31,493 nt of DNA from Candidatus Brocadiaceae bacterium (GTDB lineage: Bacteria; Planctomycetota; Brocadiia; SM23-32), in assembly GCA_030615435.1 (NCBI GenBank), contig JAUWZH010000001.1, positions 1-31,493 on the forward strand, in the 5' to 3' direction. Made by a program: the position numbers and the translations under genes. Of the stretch, positions 15,015 through 23,375 are shown piece by piece. Below the pieces are notes generated by a model. It saw only the letters and a program-made list of their open reading frames with translations, made no database searches and was not told the origin of the DNA. The first letter of the stretch is position 1, and every line of letters starts with the position of its first letter.

Positions 15015-15845
15015 CTAGAGTGCTTCCCATGGTTTCGCGGGCTCAGGTGTATCGACCCACTCCGGTGTTTCGAGGTGCAAGCTCTTTTTCGTGCATAGCC
15101 CCTTATCCAGTATTTGTTTCTCTGTCCACATGAGAGACTCCAGCTCGTGCTTCTTGTAACACGCATAGAGCTTGGTTTTCGAAGCTCCTACCAGTTCGAA
15201 GTTAAAGCCGAGGCCTGAACCCGCTCCACCGGTGCCTCCCGAAGTACTGGCCCCGATAGTGACGATCAGGCTCAGACTTACGTTCGGTCCTTCGAGGGAC
15301 CAACCCCTCAACGAGTCTGAGTCCTCGGCCCCCGAAACACTCCCCAGGACAAAGCCTCCCTTACCGCCTAGGCCTGGCCCCGCCATCCAAGTGGTCACCG
15401 ACCCGCGGCAGGTCGGCACCCGGTAGATGTCCTGCAGGATGCAGCCAAGCTCTCCGCAGTCGTATTCGTAGTACCCGATCCTCTTCCTCTGCTTGCAGGT
15501 GAAAGTTCCGACTGCCTTGGTGTAGCTGCCCACGAAGAAGCTACCGCTGCTAAACGTGCCGCTGAACCACCACTTTCCCCCACGGCACTCTACCAGTCCA
15601 AAGGGGTCTACGTTGAACGTCGGCCGTGACCCTGAGTACACATACAGGTTCTTCTCGGTCTTAACATGGCCTGCCGGGTCCCTCTGCAAGAACCTCCCCA
15701 GCACGGGGCTGTAAGCGCGGTGGCGGAAGTAGTAGAGGCTGACTTCTGAGTCCCAGCGGCGGCCCTGGAAGAGGTAGGGGTTGCCGGTGGCGGAGTGGCC
15801 GTCCTCGTTGTAGGTCATAGTCACCTCGCCGGTGCACGAGGCCAA
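15015..15845 (-). CDS. Orphan Rhs module 1: short core stub + 192-aa Cys/Gly-rich tip
   Basis: GHSATGNPYLFQGRRWD, LYYFRHRAYSPVLGRFLQRDP and DPFGL; tip is 15015-15593. Confidence 0.85.
   Translation of the reverse strand: MASCTGEVTMTYNEDGHSATGNPYLFQGRRWDSEVSLYYFRHRAYSPVLGRFLQRDPAGHVKTEKNLYVYSGSRPTFNVDPFGLVECRGGKWWFSGTFSSGSFFVGSYTKAVGTFTCKQRKRIGYYEYDCGELGCILQDIYRVPTCRGSVTTWMAGPGLGGKGGFVLGSVSGAEDSDSLRGWSLEGPNVSLSLIVTIGASTSGGTGGAGSGLGFNFELVGASKTKLYACYKKHELESLMWTEKQILDKGLCTKKSLHLETPEWVDTPEPAKPWEAL
15742..15801. repeat. 60-bp block identical to 10173-10232
   Basis: ACTTCTGAGTCCCAGCGGCGGCCCTGGAAGAGGTAGGGGTTGCCGGTGGCGGAGTGGCCG is present at both positions. Confidence 0.9.
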
Positions 15846-15921
15846 ATCCCCCTACGCCCCGCAAGCATAGAACCTGCAGACTACAACCTCAGCCCCCGTT
15901 CTGTAACCGCTTGGGAAAAAA

Positions 15922-15997
15922 TGGTGGAGACGAGGGGAGTCGAACCCCCTACCTCGGCAGTGCGAGTGCCGCGCTCTCCCAAATGAGCTACGTCCCC
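15922..15997 (-). tRNA. tRNA-Ala (anticodon CGC)
   Basis: 76-nt cloverleaf: acceptor GGGGACG/CGTCTCC with G3:U70, D-arm GCTC/GAGC, anticodon arm CGGCA-CTCGCAC-TGCCG, T-loop TTCGACT, encoded CCA. Confidence 0.97.
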
Positions 15998-16002
15998 ACA
16001 GC

Positions 16003-16031
16003 ATTATACGCAGCAGCACGCGGCTTCTCAA
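16003..16031 (-). promoter_or_regulatory. Sigma70 promoter of tRNA-Ala
   Basis: Minus strand TTGAGA, 17 nt, TATAAT, ending 5 nt before the tRNA. Confidence 0.8.
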
Positions 16032-16207
16032 ACGGAGGGAGCCCCTTTGCCCGGACATGGCAACCCCCTCGGGCAAGCTTGCAGCCGGGGAAGTGGCAGG
16101 CGCAAGGCAGCATGTGACCACCCGGGGCAGCCCGGTTTCCCTCCCTCTGCCCCCGGCCCGACCGGGACGGCAAGGCTACCCGCCTAAGAGCCCCCTGACA
16201 ACCCCAC

Positions 16208-17398
16208 TTAAGGCCGACCGCAAATGAGTGTGCCCATCAGTTTGTGCCCGGCCTTCTGCACGATCTTGCTTTCGGCGGCAGCGCCCTCGCAGAAGCTCAA
16301 CCCGGAGCGGGCCTCGACTCCGGCGCCCCAAATGACGAACGGCACCATCCCGCGCAGGTGCCGGCCCTTCTCGACGGAGGTAGGGTGGTCGGGCATGGCG
16401 AGCAAGCGGAGTTCGACGGACCCTGCCACCGCCATGACCGGGCCTACTATTTCCCGATCCACCTGCTCAATGGCGTGGATCTTCGCTTTATGATCCCCCT
16501 CGTGGGAAGCCTCATCCGGCGCCTCCACGTGCACCAGGACCAGATCGTGAGAACCGAGCGCATCTATGCCGTAGCGAGCCTTGGCGCCGTAATCCGTATC
16601 GGTGTACCCCGTGATGCCCGGAACCTCGATCACATCCCACCCGATGGTCCTGGCCATGCCCCGAACCAGGTTCACCGCGCTGACGGCTGCCCCCCTGCAG
16701 TGGTATTTCTGCTCAAAAGGCTCCATTTCGGGTCGCTTGCCCTCTCCCCAGAGCCAGATCATATTGGCGGGGTTTTTCTGAAGGTCTCGGCGGACGCTGT
16801 TGACCTCGTGGCCCGCGAGGACTTCAGTGGAAGCCTTCATCAGGTCAATCAGGATTTCACTCCCCTTGCCCCTGGGGAGGATATCAACGAGTCTCTGCCC
16901 CATCACGTCGTGGGGGGGCAACGTGGTGAGGCTCAGCGGCTCGGAGCCGCTGAAGACCATGAGGTGGCGGTAACCCGTGCCCATATAGAACCTTACGTCC
17001 GGACCGCCGAGCCTCTCGTTGAGCCCCTCAATGAGGAGTTCGCTCTCGGCTGTGGTAATGTGCCCCGCCGAGAAGTCAACCAGCCTTTCACCGTCCGTGG
17101 TAACCAGGTTACAGCGGACGGCCCAGTCGTCCTCGGCGAGTTCCACGCCCATGTCGGCCGCCTCCAGCGGACCGCGCCCGGTGTAGTACTTCCTCGGGTC
17201 ATACCCGATCACACTCATGATGGCGACGTCGCTGGCGGGGGGCATCCTGCTGGGGACAGTGCGCGCACGCCCGAGCAATCCCTCCTGGGCCGCGCGATCC
17301 AGGTTGGGGATGCGGGCAACTTCCAGCGGGGTCCTGCCTCCCAGTCGGGCGACAGGCAGGTCGGCCGCTCCGTCGAGTATGACGATGCAATACTTCAT
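16208..17398 (-). CDS. apgM: Cofactor-independent phosphoglycerate mutase-like protein (ApgM / 'proposed homoserine kinase' family)
   Basis: ILDGAAD, TPLEVARIPNLD, PASDVA (nucleophile Ser), YTGRGPLEA, HVEAPDEASHEG, MPDHPT. Confidence 0.85.
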   Translation of the reverse strand: MKYCIVILDGAADLPVARLGGRTPLEVARIPNLDRAAQEGLLGRARTVPSRMPPASDVAIMSVIGYDPRKYYTGRGPLEAADMGVELAEDDWAVRCNLVTTDGERLVDFSAGHITTAESELLIEGLNERLGGPDVRFYMGTGYRHLMVFSGSEPLSLTTLPPHDVMGQRLVDILPRGKGSEILIDLMKASTEVLAGHEVNSVRRDLQKNPANMIWLWGEGKRPEMEPFEQKYHCRGAAVSAVNLVRGMARTIGWDVIEVPGITGYTDTDYGAKARYGIDALGSHDLVLVHVEAPDEASHEGDHKAKIHAIEQVDREIVGPVMAVAGSVELRLLAMPDHPTSVEKGRHLRGMVPFVIWGAGVEARSGLSFCEGAAAESKIVQKAGHKLMGTLICGRP

Positions 17399-17427
17399 CG
17401 TTGCCTTTTTCGGGGATTCCTCGCCGG

Positions 17428-18735
17428 CTATACGTCCACTACTCGCAACATGCGGGCCCTGCTGCCGTCAATGCAATCGAGCTCGTTGATCTCCGCCAGG
17501 GCATCCCGCAGCGCCCCCTCGCGCGCCTCGTGCGTCATGAACACCACCGTGACGTGCTCCTCTCCTGGCAGGGCCTGATCCTGCTGAATGCAGGAGGCAA
17601 TGCTGATCTCGTGTCGGCCCAGCACGCCCGCCACCCGTGCGAGCACCCCGGCTCGGTCAAGGCAGCTCAGGCGGAAATAGTAGCGCATTCGCAACTCCTC
17701 GAGCGGAATCACCCTGGCGCGAGGCACTTCAGCGAACTGGGGAAGCTCCGAGAACTCCCGCTGGTAGGTCTTCAGCGCAATGCGGCAGAGGTCAGCCACC
17801 ACGGCGCTGGCCGTCGGCCACCGTCCCGCCCCCAGGCCGGTGAAGACCACTTCGCCCACGGAGTCCCCGTGGACGCAGACCGCATTCCGCGCCCCGCCCA
17901 CCGCCGCGAGGGGATGGCCGTGGCGCAGAAGGGCCGGGTGAACCCTCAGTTCCAGCCCATCGCCACCCCGAATGCCGATGGCGAGCAGCTTGAGGGTGTA
18001 GCCGAGGGAGTGCGCATACCGCAGGTCCGCCGGCTCGATACTGCTGATGCCCTCGCGGTAAATGTCCTCCTCGCGCACCTCAACCCCGAAGGCCAGCCGC
18101 GCCAGCACCGCCAGCTTGTGAACGGAATCATCACCCTCGACGTCGAGGGCGGGGTCCGCCTCGGCGTAGCCCCTCTGTTGTGCTTCGCTCAGGGCCTCCT
18201 CGTAGGGCAGGGCCCCCTCGGACATCCGGGTCAGGATGTAGTTGCAGGTGCCGTTCACAATGCCGTAGACGCTCTCGACGCGCTCGGCCACCATCGCACT
18301 GCGCATGGCCGCGATAATAGGTATGCAGCCGGCGACGCTCGCCTCAAAGGCAATGCTGCGTTTGCTTTCGCGGGCAATGCCGAAAAGCCTGGTGCCCTGA
18401 GCCGCCAGCAGCGCCTTGTTGGCCGTCACAACGTCCTTGCCGGCGCGCAGGGCCTTCTCGATAACGGAAGCGGCGACGGTCTTGCCGCCCAACAGCTCCA
18501 CCACGACGTCCACGTCCGGGTCCCGGAGCGGCTCGTCCAGGTCGTCGGTGAGCCTGACCGAGGGGGGAAGGTCCAGTTCGCCGGCCAGCTCCCTCAAGCG
18601 TTTGTCCACCACGTAGAGCAACCTCAGCCGCGAACCGAGCCTGTCCGCCAGCGCGCCGCGTCGGCCCAGAATGATCTCGGCGACGCCACCCCCCACCGTC
18701 CCACACCCATAAAGGGCCACACCGCACTGCTTCAT
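17428..18735 (-). CDS. hom: Homoserine dehydrogenase with C-terminal ACT domain
   Basis: GCGTVGGG, VVTANKAL, FEASVAGCIP, GIVNGTCNYIL, GYAEADP, DVEGDDSVHKL; ACT domain DRAGVLARVAGVLG. Confidence 0.95.
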   Translation of the reverse strand: MKQCGVALYGCGTVGGGVAEIILGRRGALADRLGSRLRLLYVVDKRLRELAGELDLPPSVRLTDDLDEPLRDPDVDVVVELLGGKTVAASVIEKALRAGKDVVTANKALLAAQGTRLFGIARESKRSIAFEASVAGCIPIIAAMRSAMVAERVESVYGIVNGTCNYILTRMSEGALPYEEALSEAQQRGYAEADPALDVEGDDSVHKLAVLARLAFGVEVREEDIYREGISSIEPADLRYAHSLGYTLKLLAIGIRGGDGLELRVHPALLRHGHPLAAVGGARNAVCVHGDSVGEVVFTGLGAGRWPTASAVVADLCRIALKTYQREFSELPQFAEVPRARVIPLEELRMRYYFRLSCLDRAGVLARVAGVLGRHEISIASCIQQDQALPGEEHVTVVFMTHEAREGALRDALAEINELDCIDGSRARMLRVVDV

Positions 18736-18782
18736 CGCAATCCACCTACAGGAGATTCGCCACGAGATCCAGGAGGGGCGCG

Positions 18783-18812
18783 AATATAGCCTCCTCCCCG
18801 CCCACCTGTCAA
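18783..18812 (-). promoter_or_regulatory. Sigma70 promoter of hom-apgM
   Basis: Minus strand TTGACA (18812-18807), 18 nt, TATATT (18788-18783). Confidence 0.65.
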
Positions 18813-18944
18813 TCTGCCGCGGGCTGCACGACGCATCCCGATGCCAGCGAGCGTCGGGCGGACCGAGGCGCGTGAGGCTCCGCGGGACGGTCTGTGAATC
18901 GCCGCAAGCCGGGCCTACCGCCCCGCACGACTCCCGCCGGCGCG

Positions 18945-20693
18945 CTATTTCTTCTGCGCCTTCTGAATCCTGGCCCAGGTGTCCTTGAGCGTCACCGTTC
19001 GATTCAAGACCAGGTTCTCCTCGGAAGAGTCCGGATCAACGCAGAAGTAGCCCTGCCGTTCGAGCTGACACCGCCATCCGGGCTCCGCTCCCGCCAGGCC
19101 GGGTTCGACTTTGCAGCCTCTCAGAACCTGCAGTGAATCCGGGCTCAGGCGGGCCTTCCAGTCGGTTTCCTCTGCCGGGGCTTCGGACTCCTCGTCGAGC
19201 ATCAGGTGATCGTAGAGACGCACTTCCGCATCGAGCGCGTGTGGGGCCGAAACCCAATGCAGCGTTGCCTTGACCTTCCGCCCGTCCGGCGCGTCCCCGC
19301 CGCGCGTGTCCGGATCGTAGGTGCAGCGCAACTCGACCACCTCCCCGGTCTCACGGTCCTTCACTACGTCCACGCACCTGACGAAGTAGGCGTAACGCAG
19401 TCGCACTTCGCGACCGGGCGCCAGGCGGTAGAACTTCCCGGGCGGGTTCTCCATGAAATCCTCGCGCTCGATGTAGAGCTCGCGCGAGAAGGGCACCTTG
19501 CGCGTGCCCGCGCCCGCGTCCTCCGGGTTGTTGATGGCCTCCAGCTCTTCCACCTGTCCTTCGGGATAGTTCTCAACGACCGCTCTCAGGGGGCGCAAAA
19601 CGCCCATGCGGCGAGGCGCGCGCCTGTTCAGGTCCTGGCGCAGGCAGTGCTCCAGCAACGCCATCTCCACCACGCTTTTTGTCTTGGCCACCCCGATCCG
19701 CTCGCAGAAGGCCCGGATGGCCTCGGGAGTGTAGCCGCGTCTGCGCAGGCCCCGCAGCGTGGGCAGCCGCGGATCATCCCACCTGCTGACGCACCCCTCC
19801 CGGACCAGTTCCAGAAGCTTTCGCTTGCTCATCACCGTGTTGGTGAGGTTGAGGCGCGCGAACTCGATCTGCTGCGGATGGTGAACGCCCAACTGGTCGA
19901 GAAACCAGTCGTAGAGCGGACGGTGGTTTTCGAACTCCAGCGTGCACAGGGAGTGGGTAATGCCCTCGATGGAGTCTTCCAGGCCGTGGGCCCAGTCGTA
20001 GGTGGGATAGATGCACCACCGGTCCCCCGTCCTGTGGTGGGCGGCGTGGAGGATGCGGTACATGACGGGGTCGCGCAGGTTCTGATTGGGGGATGTCATG
20101 GCGATCTTCGCCCGCAGCACGTGCTCTCCGTCCTCGAACTCGCCCGCGCGCATGCGCTCGAACAGCTCCAGGTTCTCTTCCACCGAGCGGTCGCGATACG
20201 GGCTGTTCCTGCCCGGCTGCGTCCAGCTGCCTCGGTACTCGCTGATCTGCTCCGCGCTCAGGCTGTCCACGTACGCCTTGCCCGCCTTGATAAGCCGCAC
20301 GGCGTATTCGTGCATCTGCTCGAAGTAGTCAGACGCGTAGAGTTCCGGGCCCTCCCAGTCGAACCCGAGCCATCGCACGTCTTCCTTGATGGTCTCGACG
20401 TACTGCTCCTCTTCGGTGCAAGGATTCGTGTCGTCGAAGCGCAGGTTGCACAGCCCGCCGAACTCCTGTGCCATTCCAAAACTCAGGCAGATGGCCTTGG
20501 CGTGCCCGATGTGCAAATAGCCGTTGGGCTCGGGCGGAAACCGGGTGCGGACCCGACCGTCGTTCTTGCCTGCCCTCACGTCTTCCGCGATGATCTCGCG
20601 GATGAAATGCCCGCGTTCAGAAGAGCTGGACTCGCCCCCGCCCGGGGTCCGTTTGCCCTTCTTGTTGACGGCATTGGCCTCCGATGCGCCCAT
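18945..20693 (-). CDS. glnS: Glutamine--tRNA ligase
   Basis: [63 protein letters not shown] at 20693 is downstream of a predicted promoter. No Yqey tail. Confidence 0.95.
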   Translation of the reverse strand: MGASEANAVNKKGKRTPGGGESSSSERGHFIREIIAEDVRAGKNDGRVRTRFPPEPNGYLHIGHAKAICLSFGMAQEFGGLCNLRFDDTNPCTEEEQYVETIKEDVRWLGFDWEGPELYASDYFEQMHEYAVRLIKAGKAYVDSLSAEQISEYRGSWTQPGRNSPYRDRSVEENLELFERMRAGEFEDGEHVLRAKIAMTSPNQNLRDPVMYRILHAAHHRTGDRWCIYPTYDWAHGLEDSIEGITHSLCTLEFENHRPLYDWFLDQLGVHHPQQIEFARLNLTNTVMSKRKLLELVREGCVSRWDDPRLPTLRGLRRRGYTPEAIRAFCERIGVAKTKSVVEMALLEHCLRQDLNRRAPRRMGVLRPLRAVVENYPEGQVEELEAINNPEDAGAGTRKVPFSRELYIEREDFMENPPGKFYRLAPGREVRLRYAYFVRCVDVVKDRETGEVVELRCTYDPDTRGGDAPDGRKVKATLHWVSAPHALDAEVRLYDHLMLDEESEAPAEETDWKARLSPDSLQVLRGCKVEPGLAGAEPGWRCQLERQGYFCVDPDSSEENLVLNRTVTLKDTWARIQKAQKK

Positions 20694-20757
20694 GGGATCC
20701 TTCACCTGAGTCTTGAGTCTCGCGGCCTGCCGGGAGAAACATCCCGATGCTCCTCCA

Positions 20758-20786
20758 ATGGTAGGCGCGCTGCGGCAGCCTGTCAA
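20758..20786 (-). promoter_or_regulatory. Sigma70 promoter of glnS
   Basis: Minus strand TTGACA (20786-20781), 17 nt, TACCAT (20763-20758). Confidence 0.7.
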
Positions 20787-20836
20787 CCAGACACAAGGCT
20801 CGTCGCAGAGGCCCGGCCGGCATGTTGGAAGGCGCT

Positions 20837-20865
20837 TTGACTGACGGCGGCAGATGTAGTAGATT
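20837..20865 (+). promoter_or_regulatory. Sigma70 promoter of gltX
   Basis: TTGACT (20837-20842), 17 nt, TAGATT (20860-20865). Confidence 0.65.
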
Positions 20866-20917
20866 GCCCCGTCGCACTCTTGCCGCAGCGCCGCCCTTCC
20901 AGTTTCCCGGAGATGAG

Positions 20918-22381
20918 ATGAGCAGCCGTCTCGACCAGGTCCGCGTTCGCATTGCGCCCTCGCCGACGGGGCCGCCCCACGTAGGCACCGCCTACATCGC
21001 GCTGTTCAACTACGCCTTCGCGCGCCACGAGGGCGGGGATTTCGTCCTGCGCATTGAGGATACGGACCGACAGCGCTCCATGCCCGAGAGCGAGCGGCAC
21101 ATCCTGGCTGCGCTCCACTGGCTCGGGCTCCAGTGGAACGAGGGCCCGGACGTGGGCGGGCCGCACGTGCCCTACCGCCAGAGCGAGCGTTCGGACATCT
21201 ACCGCCAACATGCCGAGCAGTTGCTGGAGAACGGCGCCGCCTACCGTTGCTTCTGCACGGCCGAGCGCCTTGCGGAGCTGCGCAAGGCCCAGCAGGCACA
21301 ACGCAAAGGCTTCATAGGGTACGACGGCCTGTGTCGCGACCTGGGCGAGAATGAGATTCGACAGAAGCTCGACGCGGGCGTCCCCTGCACGGTGCGCCTG
21401 AAGGCGCCGGCGGAGGGCGAGACGCGCTTCGAGGACCTGGTGCGGGGGGAGGTCGTCTTCCAGAACAGCGACGTGGGGGACATCATCCTGCTGAAGAGCG
21501 ACGGCTATCCCACCTACCACCTGGCAAATGTGGTGGACGACCACCTGATGAGTATCTCACACGTGGCGCGCGCCGAGGAATGGATCAGCTCCACCCCCAA
21601 GCACGTGCTGATCTACCGGGCCTTCGGGTGGGAGATGCCGACCTTCATCCACCTGCCGCTGCTGCGCAACCGGGACGGCTCCAAGATCAGCAAGCGCAGG
21701 AACCCCACCTCGTTGGACTGGTACAGGGAGCAGGGATACCTGCCCGAGGCTTTGCTCAACTTCCTGGCGTTGCAGGGATGGTCTCTGGGAGACGACCGCC
21801 AGGTCTTCAGCCTCCAGGAGATGATCGAGAACTTCACCTGGGACAGGGTGAAGACCAGCGGGCCGGTGTTCGACCTCCAGAAACTGGACTGGCTCAACGG
21901 GGAATACATCCGGGCCCTCTCGCCCGAAGGGCTCCTGAGCAGAGTCGTTGCGGGCAGTCACACGCAGCACGCCGACGAGCCGGCGGACAGGCTGCTGAGA
22001 ATCGTAAAGCTCGTGCAGGAACGGCTCAAGAAGCTCTCGCAGTTCGACGATCTGACGGCCTTTTTCTTCGGCACCGAGCCCTACCAGGCGGCCGAACTCG
22101 TGCCAAAGAAAAAAGATGCCGGGTTCACACGACAGGTGCTGGAGGCCGGCGACGCACTGCTGCGCCACATCGAGCCCTGGCGCACCGAGCCCCTGGAGAA
22201 TGCGGTGCGCGCCCTGTGCGATGAGCGGGATTGGAAGCGGCGCGACGCCTACATGCCGCTGCGGGTGGCAGTGACGTGCCGCCCAGTCAGCACGCCGCTG
22301 TTCGAGACGATGGAGATACTCGGCAAAGACGAATGCCTGCGTCGGTTGGAAACAGCCCGCCGTAGGGCAGCTTCGCTCTGA
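20918..22381 (+). CDS. gltX: Glutamate--tRNA ligase
   Basis: [30 protein letters not shown]...[24 protein letters not shown]; start at ATG 20918. Confidence 0.95.
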   Translation: MSSRLDQVRVRIAPSPTGPPHVGTAYIALFNYAFARHEGGDFVLRIEDTDRQRSMPESERHILAALHWLGLQWNEGPDVGGPHVPYRQSERSDIYRQHAEQLLENGAAYRCFCTAERLAELRKAQQAQRKGFIGYDGLCRDLGENEIRQKLDAGVPCTVRLKAPAEGETRFEDLVRGEVVFQNSDVGDIILLKSDGYPTYHLANVVDDHLMSISHVARAEEWISSTPKHVLIYRAFGWEMPTFIHLPLLRNRDGSKISKRRNPTSLDWYREQGYLPEALLNFLALQGWSLGDDRQVFSLQEMIENFTWDRVKTSGPVFDLQKLDWLNGEYIRALSPEGLLSRVVAGSHTQHADEPADRLLRIVKLVQERLKKLSQFDDLTAFFFGTEPYQAAELVPKKKDAGFTRQVLEAGDALLRHIEPWRTEPLENAVRALCDERDWKRRDAYMPLRVAVTCRPVSTPLFETMEILGKDECLRRLETARRRAASL

Positions 22382-22442
22382 GGGGGGTGCGGCCAGCCGC
22401 GAAGCGCCAAACGCGCACCTGCGTGTCGCCGCCGCTTGACGG

Positions 22443-22468
22443 CCGGCCGGGATATTTCCCGGGCCGGC
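22443..22468. terminator. GC hairpin between the convergent gltX and OB-fold genes
   Basis: GCCGGCCGGGA-TATT-TCCCGGGCCGGC, 11-bp stem with one bulge; no U-tract. Confidence 0.35.
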
Positions 22469-22499
22469 TTCAATGGCTACAATCGGATCAGCCCCAGCG

Positions 22500-22823
22500 C
22501 TACAGCACCGGTGAGCCCGGGGCGATGGGCCTGTCGAGGGTCAGCACTACTACGTTGTCCCCCTCCTGGGCGGCGAGCAACATGCCCCGGCTCTCGACGC
22601 CCCGCAGGCGGACAGGTTCCAGATTCGTGACGACGACGATCAGCTTGCCCTCAAGCTCTTCATTCGCGTAGTGGCCTTTCAGGCCGACCACGAGTATGCG
22701 CGGCTGCTCCTCCCCCACGTCCACGCGCATCACCATGAGCTTGTCAGCGTTGGGATGGTCCTCAACCGAAAGGACTTTGCCGACCTTCAACTCGACTTTC
22801 TCGAAATCCTGCATGTCAATCAT
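22500..22823 (-). CDS. Free-standing tRNA-binding OB-fold protein (Trbp111/CsaA/MetRS C-terminal-like), 107 aa
   Basis: DFEKVELKVGKVLSVEDHPNADKL, VVVTNLEPVRLRGVESRGMLLAA; SD GGAGG; TATAAT upstream at 22868-22863. Confidence 0.85.
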   Translation of the reverse strand: MIDMQDFEKVELKVGKVLSVEDHPNADKLMVMRVDVGEEQPRILVVGLKGHYANEELEGKLIVVVTNLEPVRLRGVESRGMLLAAQEGDNVVVLTLDRPIAPGSPVL

Positions 22824-22957
22824 TGGAAATCCTCCGCACAAAAGGGGGAACGGATGGAGGGTATTATAGAACATTCGCGCGCTTTTTCATCGAGATTCGG
22901 GGCGCGGAATCCTTTTCCGCCCATCGGGATGAATGCCGTGGGACGGTGAGATTTTGC

Positions 22958-22986
22958 TTGACAAGGCCCTGGGAAGCGGGTAAAGT
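22958..22986 (+). promoter_or_regulatory. Sigma70 promoter upstream of the polA-coaE-rho operon
   Basis: TTGACA (22958-22963), 17 nt, TAAAGT (22981-22986). Confidence 0.75.
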
Positions 22987-23375
22987 AATGGTCTCGCAAG
23001 AAGGCACTCCACAGAAGTTTTTCTCCTGACTTTCGCTCAGACATCTCCCGGGTTGAGGCCGAATCGGCAGAAGTGGTCTTCAGCGGGGGTATCATCTCTG
23101 TATCCCCATTGCGAACGGCACAGCCTGGGAAGATGGTATCCTGGGCCGCAAGCAACACACCGCGAAGGTCCGGCGCAGGGGTCGCAAGTGCAGTCTTCCC
23201 CAAACCGCCGGTAGTGTAGCTACGTTGGGCGCTATCCGGAGCCACCGAGCAACAAGCTGCTCCGCTCTTGCAGCCGGTCATCACGAGCGCCCCGGCAACC
23301 TGTTGAGACAGCATGGCCCGGCCGCTTCGGCTCCAAGCGGGTCGGAGGCGGCAGCAAGCAAAGGCCCGCGTTTCG

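Larger units (their letters stand above)
7760..15845 (-). mobile_element. Accessory island: array of orphan Rhs core-stub + tip + putative immunity modules downstream of tRNA-Ala
   Basis: Four homologous Rhs core segments with different tips and cargo, visibly AT-richer cargo genes, and adjacency to a tRNA 3' end. No integrase or att duplication seen. Confidence 0.65.

Noticed and set aside
16244-20840. Long plus-strand ORFs 16244-17578, 17401-18789 and 19206-20840
   Set aside because: Antisense shadows of apgM, hom and glnS caused by GC3 bias.
22820-23314. 164-aa minus-strand ORF over the polA leader, and the 13-codon ORF at 22988-23029
   Set aside because: No SD or motifs. The first runs through two promoters; the ATG of the second is too close to the -10 to be transcribed.
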